A DNA stretch of 64,000 nucleotides. Origin: an uncultured virus (IMG/VR IMGVR_UViG_3300038464_000026) (Duplodnaviria > Heunggongvirae > Uroviricota > Caudoviricetes > Crassvirales). Below, one piece after another: positions 38,334 through 47,473 of the stretch. The notes beneath the pieces were generated by a model. The model saw only the letters and a list, made by a program, of their open reading frames with translations, was not told the origin of the DNA and did not search any database. The position numbers and the translations under genes are program-made. The stretch is from IMG/VR virus record IMGVR_UViG_3300038464_000026; one strand, 5' to 3'. Position 1 is the stretch's first letter. Every line of letters begins with the position of its first letter.

Positions 38334-39494
38334 ATGTTTGCTTTTATAGATAAAAATAAACTAAAATCTTATATACTTGATAATATACCTCAAGAAGCTA
38401 TATTTGCTCATTATTTAAATATTGACATTAGTTCTATTGAATCTTGTGTTAAAGATAAATATTCTAAGATAAGTAATACTTTAAGAAATGATGAACATCC
38501 TTCGGTAGGATTCTTATATTCTATGACAGGTAAACTTAATATGAAAGATTTTGCTAATTCTTATTTTAATGGTGATTGTTTTTATATAGCAGGAGTATCT
38601 TTAGGATTAAATTCAAATAATAGTAAAGATTTTGTTAAGATATGTAATCATATAATTACTCATGTTGATAATACAAGTATTATAGTTTATAAACAAAAGT
38701 CTATAGAAAGTAAACCCATTGTACCTATAAAGAATTTAGATGTTCTATATAGAGATTGGAGAGATGATGATATAAAATATTGGAGTAAATATACATTGCC
38801 AATATGGTTCTTAGAACAACAGAATGTATTACCTATATATAAAGCTTGGTTTAATGAAATATTAATCTATATAGATAATAAAAATGAACCTTGCTATATG
38901 TATAATTTAACTCCAATTGTTCTTGAGGAAAAATCATCTTATTTTCCTCCATTGGGGGAATCTATTATATCTAAATTATATCTTCCTAATTCTAAACCTA
39001 AATTTAAAACTAATAATGTTCTAAAATTAGAAGATAATTTACAATTAATACCTAATGATATATTAATTATTGTTAAATCTACTAAAGATAAAATAGTATT
39101 ACGATGGTTAAAATATTTAATTAGTATTAGTAATATATATAAGAATATTAGGGTTAACAATATAGAAATTACTGCAATTAGTAGTGAATCTGTAGTTTTA
39201 AGTAAAGATGAAGTTAATATATTATTTAAACTTTATAAACACATCTTTATATTTACTGATTTTGATATAGCAGGTATTAGTTGTGCTTATGAACATTTTA
39301 AATTAGGATTAATACCTATATTTCTAAAGAAAACTAATGTTAAATTAAAAATGTTTGAAGTATTTGTTAAACAATATAATAATTGTAATTATAAAAGTAA
39401 AGATATAAGTGATTATTTAGCTACTAATGGTATTAAAAATACTCTAAGATTAGTAGTTAATTTTATTAAATTAAAAATATATAAATTAAAGTAG
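38334..39494 (+). CDS. crAss-type DnaG/TOPRIM primase
   Basis: LRNDEHPS, MKDFA...GDCF, W..DDIKYW, IIVKSTKD, IFTDFDIAG, KDISDY. Confidence 0.8.
   Translation: MFAFIDKNKLKSYILDNIPQEAIFAHYLNIDISSIESCVKDKYSKISNTLRNDEHPSVGFLYSMTGKLNMKDFANSYFNGDCFYIAGVSLGLNSNNSKDFVKICNHIITHVDNTSIIVYKQKSIESKPIVPIKNLDVLYRDWRDDDIKYWSKYTLPIWFLEQQNVLPIYKAWFNEILIYIDNKNEPCYMYNLTPIVLEEKSSYFPPLGESIISKLYLPNSKPKFKTNNVLKLEDNLQLIPNDILIIVKSTKDKIVLRWLKYLISISNIYKNIRVNNIEITAISSESVVLSKDEVNILFKLYKHIFIFTDFDIAGISCAYEHFKLGLIPIFLKKTNVKLKMFEVFVKQYNNCNYKSKDISDYLATNGIKNTLRLVVNFIKLKIYKLK
38934..38963 (-). repeat. Dispersed GC-rich motif, copy 3 (inside primase)
   Basis: Minus strand AGATTCCCCCAATGGAGGAAAATAAGATGA; encodes SSYFPPLGES. Confidence 0.85.
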
Positions 39495-39496
39495 AT

Positions 39497-39661
39497 ATGG
39501 AAGAAACTGAATGGTATGAATCAATAGTCAAAAAAATAATAGTTAATCCTGGAGATAGTAAACCAGCAATAATAATCTATCATGTTATAAGTAAGTTACC
39601 AGATGGTTTCTTATTTCAAACAGTATGTGATGGTAAAGTAGTAGATACTAAATATTTCTAA
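39497..39661 (+). CDS. Small hypothetical protein (54 aa, not in track)
   Basis: MEETEWYESIVKK...VVDTKYF*. Confidence 0.55.
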   Translation: MEETEWYESIVKKIIVNPGDSKPAIIIYHVISKLPDGFLFQTVCDGKVVDTKYF

Positions 39662-39684
39662 ATTATAAAGTTAAATTAATCAAT

Positions 39685-39936
39685 ATGGAATTAAAAAATT
39701 ATTTATTAACAATAATAGTAATATTTCTATTACTTATTTTTTGTTCAGATTATAATACTGAGCATAATACTAATAGTATAGTAAATATTCAAACAAAGGA
39801 AATTAAGATTCTTATAGAACAAAATAATATATTATCCACAAGATATACTCTTATGGATAATTATTATAAGGCTAAGTTTGATGAAGTTATTAAAGATTTA
39901 AAACTTAATGCTAATCATAAATCTAGACATAAATAA
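39685..39936 (+). CDS. Membrane-anchored small protein
   Basis: N-terminal hydrophobic helix ending LLLIFC. Confidence 0.55.
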   Translation: MELKNYLLTIIVIFLLLIFCSDYNTEHNTNSIVNIQTKEIKILIEQNNILSTRYTLMDNYYKAKFDEVIKDLKLNANHKSRHK

Positions 39937-39938
39937 TT

Positions 39939-40256
39939 ATGTACTTGGGACTATATGGTGATTACTATGGTGAAGATAGCGAGTTTGCCAAAGATGCAGG
40001 TCAAGAATATTTAGATAAATATGAGATTAAAATAGATAATATTGATAATGTAGCTTTAATTCAATCTAAATTAATAGATAAATGGTTACAGATATTTCAT
40101 TATTATGATATGAATCAAATAATCTATATTAGTACTCATCTTTGGCAACATTATCATCATAAAGATATAGAAGTAATAAATTATGAAAATGATAAAACAT
40201 TAGATAAGATAAATAAAGTAGTTAAGAAACAAGATAATCAATTAAGTTTATTTTAA
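39939..40256 (+). CDS. Hypothetical protein
   Basis: 105 aa; ends QLSLF. Confidence 0.6.
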   Translation: MYLGLYGDYYGEDSEFAKDAGQEYLDKYEIKIDNIDNVALIQSKLIDKWLQIFHYYDMNQIIYISTHLWQHYHHKDIEVINYENDKTLDKINKVVKKQDNQLSLF

Positions 40257-40266
40257 ATTATAAATT

Positions 40267-40905
40267 ATGAATCTATTTGACATAAGTAGTGAGTATCTCA
40301 ATATTATAGCTGAAATTGAAGATGCAGAAGGAGTTCTAACAGAAGAACTTGAGAACAGATTAAAAATTAATGAGCATGAAGCTGAAAAAAAGATTAAAGC
40401 CTATCATCATATAATAACTATGGCTAAAGCTGACATAGCTGTTATTACTGATGAACAAGATAGATTATCTAAATTAAAGGTAACTAAGAATAATTTAATA
40501 GAAAGATTGAAGAAATATCTATTAGAAGCTACATTATTATTTGGGTATGAAGGTAAAACAGGTAATAAGAAGTTAGATTATGATACTTTAAAATTATATA
40601 CTCAAGAAAGTGAAAGTACAGAGGTAGATGAGAGTGTATATATTCCTAATAAATTTAAGTTAGGCGAAGTATTAACAAGAGATGAAATAAATAGTATAAT
40701 ATTATTATTAAAGAGAGATGTAATAACAATCCCTGTTATTATAAAAGATGAAATCAAAGAAGCTATTACAAATAATCCTATAGTATTAAATACTGTGAGT
40801 ACTAATATTAATCCTGATTATACTAATCAGTTTACTACTAAAATTACAGTAAGTGATGTTAAAGGAGTTAAAATTGTTAAACATACAGGACTTAGAATAA
40901 AATAA
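40267..40905 (+). CDS. Siphovirus Gp157-family protein
   Basis: MNLFDISSEY...EGVLTEELE...KIKAY...EQDRLSKLK...RLKKYL; ends GVKIVKHTGLRIK. Confidence 0.8.
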   Translation: MNLFDISSEYLNIIAEIEDAEGVLTEELENRLKINEHEAEKKIKAYHHIITMAKADIAVITDEQDRLSKLKVTKNNLIERLKKYLLEATLLFGYEGKTGNKKLDYDTLKLYTQESESTEVDESVYIPNKFKLGEVLTRDEINSIILLLKRDVITIPVIIKDEIKEAITNNPIVLNTVSTNINPDYTNQFTTKITVSDVKGVKIVKHTGLRIK

Positions 40906-40906
40906 T

Positions 40907-41224
40907 ATGAATATATCAGTTCCTAATATAAAAGGAGATTTAGCTGTTAGAATAGATGGTAAAATATTAGCATCTACTAAGAAAGCTAATCATGTAAGTA
41001 TTGAAGATGATGAAGGTAATTGGATAGGTAAATCTATTATGAGAGATAATGGAGATGGTACTATTGATATACCTAAATGGTGGTATGAAAAATATCTTTA
41101 TAATAATGGTAAAGGGAATACCCCAATAAATGAATCTGTAGACGAAGTTGATGATATAACTTTAGAAAAAACAGATGAACTCTATATGGATGATGATGAT
41201 AAACCTAATAATGAAGAAATATAG
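40907..41224 (+). CDS. Hypothetical protein, acidic tail
   Basis: ASTKKA...WIGKS...IPKWWYEK. Confidence 0.65.
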   Translation: MNISVPNIKGDLAVRIDGKILASTKKANHVSIEDDEGNWIGKSIMRDNGDGTIDIPKWWYEKYLYNNGKGNTPINESVDEVDDITLEKTDELYMDDDDKPNNEEI

Positions 41225-41447
41225 TATTTCTCCTCAAATAAATTCTAATAATAGCCTTATATATAATTATCAGGGAATAATTACTATGGAGGCTATTAAT
41301 AAAGATGGTAATACTGAAATAGGTACATATACTAAATACGAATTAGCAACTCTAATTCCTATTCTTCAGATGGTATCTTATAAGTCTGTTACTTTAAAAG
41401 ATGATAAAGGAAATATACTATTAAAAGAAGAATATCAAAGATGCTAA
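41211..41447 (+). CDS. Hypothetical protein
   Basis: Track ORF 41175 trimmed to in-frame ATG at 41211. Confidence 0.55.
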   Translation: MKKYSISPQINSNNSLIYNYQGIITMEAINKDGNTEIGTYTKYELATLIPILQMVSYKSVTLKDDKGNILLKEEYQRC

Positions 41448-41466
41448 ATTTAATAATTAAAAAAAT

Positions 41467-41778
41467 ATGATAGTTGTTGAAATAGATGATGTAGTTGAAA
41501 CTATAGTTAATTTTCTAAATAATTATATTCTAGATGATGAACTACATATGGATGATGAAGATAAAGAACTTCTCAGTATAAATATTAAATTATCTGATAA
41601 AAGTGAACAATTAATGAATTCTATAGCTGAATCTAATAATAGTGCAAGCATAACTATTAGAAATAACTTATGCTTACTTTTAGATAAATATAAGACATCT
41701 TATATAGCAGATATTAATAAGCACTATAGTGATAAAAATATAAAAAATTATAATAATTCTATAAAAAATAATGAATAA
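41467..41778 (+). CDS. Hypothetical protein
   Basis: 103 aa ORF. Confidence 0.6.
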   Translation: MIVVEIDDVVETIVNFLNNYILDDELHMDDEDKELLSINIKLSDKSEQLMNSIAESNNSASITIRNNLCLLLDKYKTSYIADINKHYSDKNIKNYNNSIKNNE

Positions 41779-42952
41779 ATTAAAGATTTTATTTATACAC
41801 ATAGGTAACACCATTATTAATAAGGATAATGATAAATTAGTAGTTAAGAATAATAACCTTATTTATAAGAATGGTCGTAAAGATGGTTATTATTTTAATA
41901 AAGAATACTATGAAATCCCTTTATGGATTCCAAGAGTATGCTATTTTCTTCCAGATAATGAATTTGATAAATCACTTTATATAGCTAAAGACCTTAATAG
42001 AACAGTTACTCATATTATAAATACTAATCCAGATATTATTCTATTTAGTTGTATGAGTGCTAATCAACAATACGTACGAGATTTAGTTGATTTTATTTCT
42101 AGTAAAACTAATATAGATGTAATTATTGGAACTTATATTAGATTAGATTATTATAGAATTAATAATAGAGTTAGAGTTTGTAATTCATTAGAAGATTTAG
42201 CTAAGCTTTTAGTAGTTGACTACAAATATGGTCTTGATTATTCTTTATTTAAGAATGAATGGACTGTTCCAAGACTTACTATGAGTTATGGTTGTGAAGG
42301 TAATTGTACTTTTTGTGCTAATATAGAACATAATAATATTATGCAAGTTCCTACAAAAGATATAAAAGAACAATATTTAACTTTTAAGAATCTTAAATTT
42401 GAATTAGTCTATATTGATGATAAATCTTGGGGGGATTGTAATAATTATTCAATCCTTAGCAGTAGTTTCTTTAATAGCAAATTTATAGTTCAAACTAATG
42501 TATATAATGTCTTAAATAAAATATATCGTCTTAATTATAGGAACTGTAAAATAAAATATATAGAATTAGGAATAGAGTGTTATGATAATGATATTCTTAG
42601 AGCTATGAATAAAATACAAGATATTATTAGTATTAATAAAGCTATTTATACTCTTTATATTGAAGATGTTAAGATTATTCCTAATATTATATTAGGTCAT
42701 CCTTTAATGACTATTAGGAGTTATGAACAAACTCTTAATTGGCTTCATAGTAATAAAGATAAATTTCATCATATCAATATTAATCCTCTTGCTTTATATG
42801 AAGGTACTAAAGATTATAATATCTATAATCCTAAAAAAGAAGATGGTAATCAAGGAACATTTGATAAGTCTTTCCTTACTAAAGACCAAATAGAATTATC
42901 AAGAAAATACTATAATGAATATTATAAAATTAATAAAGAAATATTAAAATGA
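41771..42952 (+). CDS. Radical SAM enzyme with N-terminal B12-binding-like domain
   Basis: SYGCEGNCTFC (CxxxCxxC); NPDIILFSC; YIDDKSW; IELGIE...ILRAMNK; NIILGHP; LYEGT. Confidence 0.8.
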   Translation: MNKLKILFIHIGNTIINKDNDKLVVKNNNLIYKNGRKDGYYFNKEYYEIPLWIPRVCYFLPDNEFDKSLYIAKDLNRTVTHIINTNPDIILFSCMSANQQYVRDLVDFISSKTNIDVIIGTYIRLDYYRINNRVRVCNSLEDLAKLLVVDYKYGLDYSLFKNEWTVPRLTMSYGCEGNCTFCANIEHNNIMQVPTKDIKEQYLTFKNLKFELVYIDDKSWGDCNNYSILSSSFFNSKFIVQTNVYNVLNKIYRLNYRNCKIKYIELGIECYDNDILRAMNKIQDIISINKAIYTLYIEDVKIIPNIILGHPLMTIRSYEQTLNWLHSNKDKFHHININPLALYEGTKDYNIYNPKKEDGNQGTFDKSFLTKDQIELSRKYYNEYYKINKEILK

Positions 42953-43986
42953 GTGCAAATATAAATTTCAATAGTAAAACAGGTAAATATTCTGTAATGG
43001 TAGTTCAAGAACCTGCTTGGCATGGTCTTGGACAGGTATTAACTAATAAAGCTACTTCTAAAGAAGCTATAATTGAAGCTCAATTAGATTTTAAAGTTAG
43101 TAAACGACCTGTATTATATAGTAGTCCTTCTGTCAATAGAACATTAGATAATAATTTTGTTACAGTCAGAGATGATACAAATAATGGGTTTGGAGTTGTT
43201 GGTAATACATATCAAGTTCTACAGAACATAGATGCTTTTAAGTTCTTTGATAGTATAGTTGGTAAAGGTGAAGCTATCTACACCTCAGCAGGTGCATTAT
43301 ATGATGGTAGAACTATATTTATTAGTGCTAAACTTCCAGATTATATTAGAGTTAATGGAGATGATATTGAAAAGTATCTTCTATTAACTAATACACATGA
43401 TGGAACTAGAAGTGTTCAAATATTATTTACTCCAGTTAGAGTAGTATGTTCTAATACTTTAAATGCAGCATTATGTAGTAAAAGCTCAAGAATTAGTATA
43501 AGACATAGTAAAGATACTTATATTCAACTTGAAAATGCTGCTAAAGTAATGGGTATATCTAATCTATTATCTAAAGAATTAGAAACAATGTTTACTAATT
43601 GGACTAAAACTCTTATGACTGATATTGATGTAATTATATATTTAGCTAAAGTTCTACTTAACACTGAGGATTATCTTATTCAACAACAAGATTTAATGCT
43701 ATCTGATACTATATCTACTAAAGGTAAGAACATAATTAAAACTGCTTTTAATTCATATTATGGAGGAGTTGGACAAGATAAGATAAGAGGAACTTTATAT
43801 GGAGCATATAATGGTCTTACTAATTATCTTAGTAATTCTAAACAATATATAGGAATTGATAATCATGAAGCTTTTAGTAAAAGAGCGGATTCTATGCTAT
43901 TTGGGGATGCTTATAATAAATCAGATAAAGGTTTTGAATTAGCTTCTATTATAAATACTAATAAAGAATCATTATATTATAAATAA
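42949..43986 (+). CDS. DUF932-family phage/plasmid protein
   Basis: EPAWHGLG, VRDDTN..FGVVGNTYQVLQNIDAF, SAGAL.DGR, LLTNTHDG, TPVRVVCSNTL, GTLYGAYNG. Confidence 0.88.
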   Translation: MSANINFNSKTGKYSVMVVQEPAWHGLGQVLTNKATSKEAIIEAQLDFKVSKRPVLYSSPSVNRTLDNNFVTVRDDTNNGFGVVGNTYQVLQNIDAFKFFDSIVGKGEAIYTSAGALYDGRTIFISAKLPDYIRVNGDDIEKYLLLTNTHDGTRSVQILFTPVRVVCSNTLNAALCSKSSRISIRHSKDTYIQLENAAKVMGISNLLSKELETMFTNWTKTLMTDIDVIIYLAKVLLNTEDYLIQQQDLMLSDTISTKGKNIIKTAFNSYYGGVGQDKIRGTLYGAYNGLTNYLSNSKQYIGIDNHEAFSKRADSMLFGDAYNKSDKGFELASIINTNKESLYYK

Positions 43987-43987
43987 T

Positions 43988-45280
43988 ATGAAAGAAATTA
44001 AAAAAAAGAAGAAACCTCCTACTATGTATGATATATTACATCATTTTGCTAATCAGATAAAGAATAGTAAAGGAGAAATTAAAGAAAAAAATAGAGTAGC
44101 TTATTATGATGGAGATACTCTATATTATCATAAGCAAGCAGTAGCCCAAATATATAGTTATAAGAAGAAAATAGTTCTTATTAAAAATATATATAATAAT
44201 GGATGGGGTATGGGTAGAAGTCTAGATTCTAATCGGATTAAATTCTCTTTTTCAGATAAATGGAAACTTATTGTTATACCCAATAATTCTAGCTTATGTA
44301 ATGAAAATAGCTCTCAAGATATAAAAAATGATACTTTTAAATATATAATCAATAATTATATAGAACGTATTGTTGAATCTTGGACTATATTATTAAGAAA
44401 TATAGATGGTAAAAAACTATATGATAATAGGTCTTTAGAATGTATTAATAGATATATAAAAGACTATTATAATATTGCTAAGATACTTCATATTCCTAAA
44501 GATTTATTAGATGTTAAATATTATAAATATTCTGTACATTGGGAAGAATATAATGGATGGATTTCTCATAGTTTTAGTACTACTATTAATAATACTCCTA
44601 AATATTGGTTAAATATTCATTTATCTAAAAAACAAAAAGAGATATTAGATAGAAAAAACTGGTTATTTAAATGGATGTACGGTAAATGTAAGTTACCTAA
44701 TCAAAGAAGATTAGATATTTACAATGATGTAAATAAAAGAATAGCATGGGAAACAGCTAAAAAAGATGAAGAAGTTGAAAGATTAAGATTACAAGCTGAA
44801 AAACAGAGAGAAAGAGATGAAGTAGAAAAGAAAGACCAATTAGTTAAACTTGAATTTTGGCTTAAAGGAGAAAATATTGGTAATTTATGGAGTGTACCTG
44901 TCCATCTTAGAATACTAAAGACTAAAGAATATGATTTTGTAGGAATTACAAAAATTGTTAAAGGAGTTGGTAGAATACCTACAGAAAAACATGTTATTTT
45001 AGTTGAAACTACTAAAGGTGCTACAGTTCCTCTTGAACATGCTAGATTACTTTATCTTAAATTTAAGCAATGTATTAAAACTAATACTATTTGGAAGCCT
45101 AATGGTAAATCTATTATGATTGGTGTGTATAAAATAGAATATATTGGTAATGAAACACATAGTCGCTTTGATAAAGTACCTACTATAATTTATGGAGATT
45201 GGTATATTAAAGCTGGTTGTCATTATATATATGAGGCTCAAATAGATGATTTTGTTAAACGTAATAATTTAAATTGGTAA
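43988..45280 (+). CDS. Hypothetical protein
   Basis: 430 aa; C-terminal VETTKGATVP...IGVYKI...KAGCH pattern. Confidence 0.7.
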   Translation: MKEIKKKKKPPTMYDILHHFANQIKNSKGEIKEKNRVAYYDGDTLYYHKQAVAQIYSYKKKIVLIKNIYNNGWGMGRSLDSNRIKFSFSDKWKLIVIPNNSSLCNENSSQDIKNDTFKYIINNYIERIVESWTILLRNIDGKKLYDNRSLECINRYIKDYYNIAKILHIPKDLLDVKYYKYSVHWEEYNGWISHSFSTTINNTPKYWLNIHLSKKQKEILDRKNWLFKWMYGKCKLPNQRRLDIYNDVNKRIAWETAKKDEEVERLRLQAEKQRERDEVEKKDQLVKLEFWLKGENIGNLWSVPVHLRILKTKEYDFVGITKIVKGVGRIPTEKHVILVETTKGATVPLEHARLLYLKFKQCIKTNTIWKPNGKSIMIGVYKIEYIGNETHSRFDKVPTIIYGDWYIKAGCHYIYEAQIDDFVKRNNLNW

Positions 45281-45281
45281 T

Positions 45282-45635
45282 ATGAATAATATAGATTTTG
45301 ATAAAATAGTAGATGACTGTTGTATTGCTATTAAGTCTACTTTAACTAATAAAGCTAAAGAATATGCTACTGAAGAAGATAGACTTCATAATTTTAAAGA
45401 AGGTGCTAGAAGACTAGTTGTTTCTCCTGAAGAAGTATTAAAAGGATTTCTATTAAAGCATGAAACATCACTTGATGATATATTAAATAGTATTAAAAAA
45501 TATAATTATGTAACTATTCCTCATACAGATAGTAGTAACTTAACCGATAAGGCTTTAATAGATGAAAAAATAGGAGATATAATTAACTATTATATACTAT
45601 TAAAAGCACTATTATATGAAAGATTAAAATGGTAA
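45282..45635 (+). CDS. DUF1599-like (nucleotide-modification-associated, MazG-like) protein
   Basis: LTNKAKEYA...DRLHNFK...KH...DEKIGDIINYYILL. Confidence 0.65.
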   Translation: MNNIDFDKIVDDCCIAIKSTLTNKAKEYATEEDRLHNFKEGARRLVVSPEEVLKGFLLKHETSLDDILNSIKKYNYVTIPHTDSSNLTDKALIDEKIGDIINYYILLKALLYERLKW

Positions 45636-45667
45636 GTATAAATTAAAAAATGATTTAACATCTTGTA

Positions 45668-45853
45668 ATGAAAAAGAAAGTACAACAATTTATAAATGAT
45701 AAATTTGGAGATGTATATAATAAAATCAAAATGAGATATTCAGGTAAAGATAAGATATTATATATAGATGATGATAGATTTCAAGAAATTATAGAAAGTA
45801 TTGCAATCGAATTTGGTAATACATTACCTTTCGGTGTGAATAAAAGTAACTAA
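45668..45853 (+). CDS. Hypothetical protein
   Basis: 61 aa ORF. Confidence 0.5.
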   Translation: MKKKVQQFINDKFGDVYNKIKMRYSGKDKILYIDDDRFQEIIESIAIEFGNTLPFGVNKSN

Positions 45854-45879
45854 TTATAAATAAATATAAATAAACTAAT

Positions 45880-46479
45880 ATGGATATAAGAATTGTAAAT
45901 AAAAGTGAAAATCCTAATCCGATGTATGCTACGGAAGGTAGTGCTGCTTGTGATTTACAAGCTAATTTACCAATGAGACCTATAGATTTCTATGATTGGC
46001 ATGAGAAAGGTGATGGTGTAGAAATTAAAGAAGATGCTGATGGTAAGCATGATGTAATTGAGATATTACCTAATGGTAGAGCAAAAATACCAACAGGTAT
46101 ATTTATTGAAGTTACTCCAGGTTTTCATGCTACAATTAAATCAAGAAGTGGTAATAGTCTAAAACTTGGTTTAATGGTTCTTAATGGAACTGGAACTATA
46201 GACTGTGATTATCGTGGAGAAGTCTGTGTACTATTATACAACTCTGACAATAGAAATACTATTAGTATAACTCATGGTATGAAAATAGCTCAATTAGCTA
46301 TTGCTAAAACTAATAAGATTGTATGGGTTAATGGTAAATTATTAAATAGTACAGCTAGAGGTAATGGTGGATTTGGTCATAGCGATAAAGTTAATGGAAC
46401 TAAATTAGTTAATAGTCCTCAAAGTAGTCAACCTACTATAACTGAAGCAAAAGCAGTAGAGGTGCAAATTGTAAAATAA
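45880..46479 (+). CDS. dut: dUTPase (trimeric)
   Basis: YATEGSAACDL, IPTGI, SRSG, GTIDCDYRGE, KIAQL, RGNGGFGHS. Confidence 0.93.
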   Translation: MDIRIVNKSENPNPMYATEGSAACDLQANLPMRPIDFYDWHEKGDGVEIKEDADGKHDVIEILPNGRAKIPTGIFIEVTPGFHATIKSRSGNSLKLGLMVLNGTGTIDCDYRGEVCVLLYNSDNRNTISITHGMKIAQLAIAKTNKIVWVNGKLLNSTARGNGGFGHSDKVNGTKLVNSPQSSQPTITEAKAVEVQIVK

Positions 46480-46497
46480 ATTTTGTAATTAAATAGA

Positions 46498-46525
46498 TAA
46501 TAGAGCCTAGAAATAGGCTCTATTA
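46498..46525 (+). terminator. Hairpin, probable terminator
   Basis: TAATAGAGCCTA-GAAA-TAGGCTCTATTA. Confidence 0.65.
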
Positions 46526-46527
46526 GT

Positions 46528-46563
46528 ATTTAGAAGATTCCCCCTTTGGAGGAAAATATGATA
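46528..46563 (+). repeat. Dispersed GC-rich motif, copy 4
   Basis: ATTTAGAAGATTCCCCCTTTGGAGGAAAATATGATA, intergenic, right after hairpin. Confidence 0.9.
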
Positions 46564-46582
46564 TAATTTAAATTAAACAAAT

Positions 46583-47044
46583 ATGAGTAAAGATATAATA
46601 AATCTACCAGAAGGATGTAAAGCTTCTTTTTCTAAAAATACAATAATAATAAGTGTTCCTAATAATATAAGTAGTTTAATTAGAAATGAGAATATTCTTG
46701 AATTTGTGATTAAACCACCTCCTATAACTGATTACATAAATAAACTTATAACTCGTTATAATTGTGATACTAATACCCAATTTAGGTTACAGCATTATGG
46801 TATCAATGGTCTATCTAAATATGAAGCTATGCAAGTATTACAATTCATAGCTGATGATTTAAATGGAGATTGGAAAGTTGATTGGGATAATGTGACGTTA
46901 GTAAAATACTATATATGTTCATGTAATGGTAAATACAGTTGGGGTAACATTACTATTATTAACTTTGGTGTTCCTATATTTAAGAAAGACTTTGATGAAG
47001 TTATAACACATTATAGAGAATTATTAGATATAATATTTAAATAA
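46583..47044 (+). CDS. Conserved Bacteroidota-phage hypothetical protein
   Basis: LQFIADDLNGDWKVDWDN...KYY pattern. Confidence 0.65.
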   Translation: MSKDIINLPEGCKASFSKNTIIISVPNNISSLIRNENILEFVIKPPPITDYINKLITRYNCDTNTQFRLQHYGINGLSKYEAMQVLQFIADDLNGDWKVDWDNVTLVKYYICSCNGKYSWGNITIINFGVPIFKKDFDEVITHYRELLDIIFK

Positions 47045-47049
47045 AATAT

Positions 47050-47262
47050 ATGGCAAATTATAAAATAATTGTACCAGTTAATAGATTAGTTCAACAAACA
47101 GGTTATTATAGTTATGATGTTTATGCTGAATCAGGGGAAGAAGCTTTTCTTAAAGTTGTTAGAGATATTGATTATGATGATATAGAAGAAGATATGCAAA
47201 ATGCTAGGGATTTTGATTGTGAAACTATTGATTGGTCTAAAGCTGTAATTAATAGAATATAA
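47050..47262 (+). CDS. Small acidic hypothetical protein
   Basis: YDVYAESGEEA; 70 aa. Confidence 0.6.
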   Translation: MANYKIIVPVNRLVQQTGYYSYDVYAESGEEAFLKVVRDIDYDDIEEDMQNARDFDCETIDWSKAVINRI

Positions 47263-47289
47263 ATAGACTATAGTGTTAATACTATTAAT

Positions 47290-47326
47290 AAAAAAGGAAG
47301 ATTTATAAATAATCTTCCTTTTTTTT
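47290..47326. terminator. Bidirectional terminator at convergence of blocks
   Basis: AAAAAAGGAAGATT...AATCTTCCTTTTTTTT. Confidence 0.8.
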
Positions 47327-47473
47327 ATTTGATATTTAGAAACGGGCTTCACCAGATTGCTTAGGTTAAGAGTTCTCACCTATATCAATACTATACTAAC
47401 TAATTAGTATAGCTTATTACCTTGCCCTTCTAATGAAGTCATAAATATTATTTTTATATATAGTATATAATGC

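Noticed and set aside
30404..46479. Uracil-containing genome
   Set aside because: The phage encodes both UDG and dUTPase, which act to exclude uracil from DNA.
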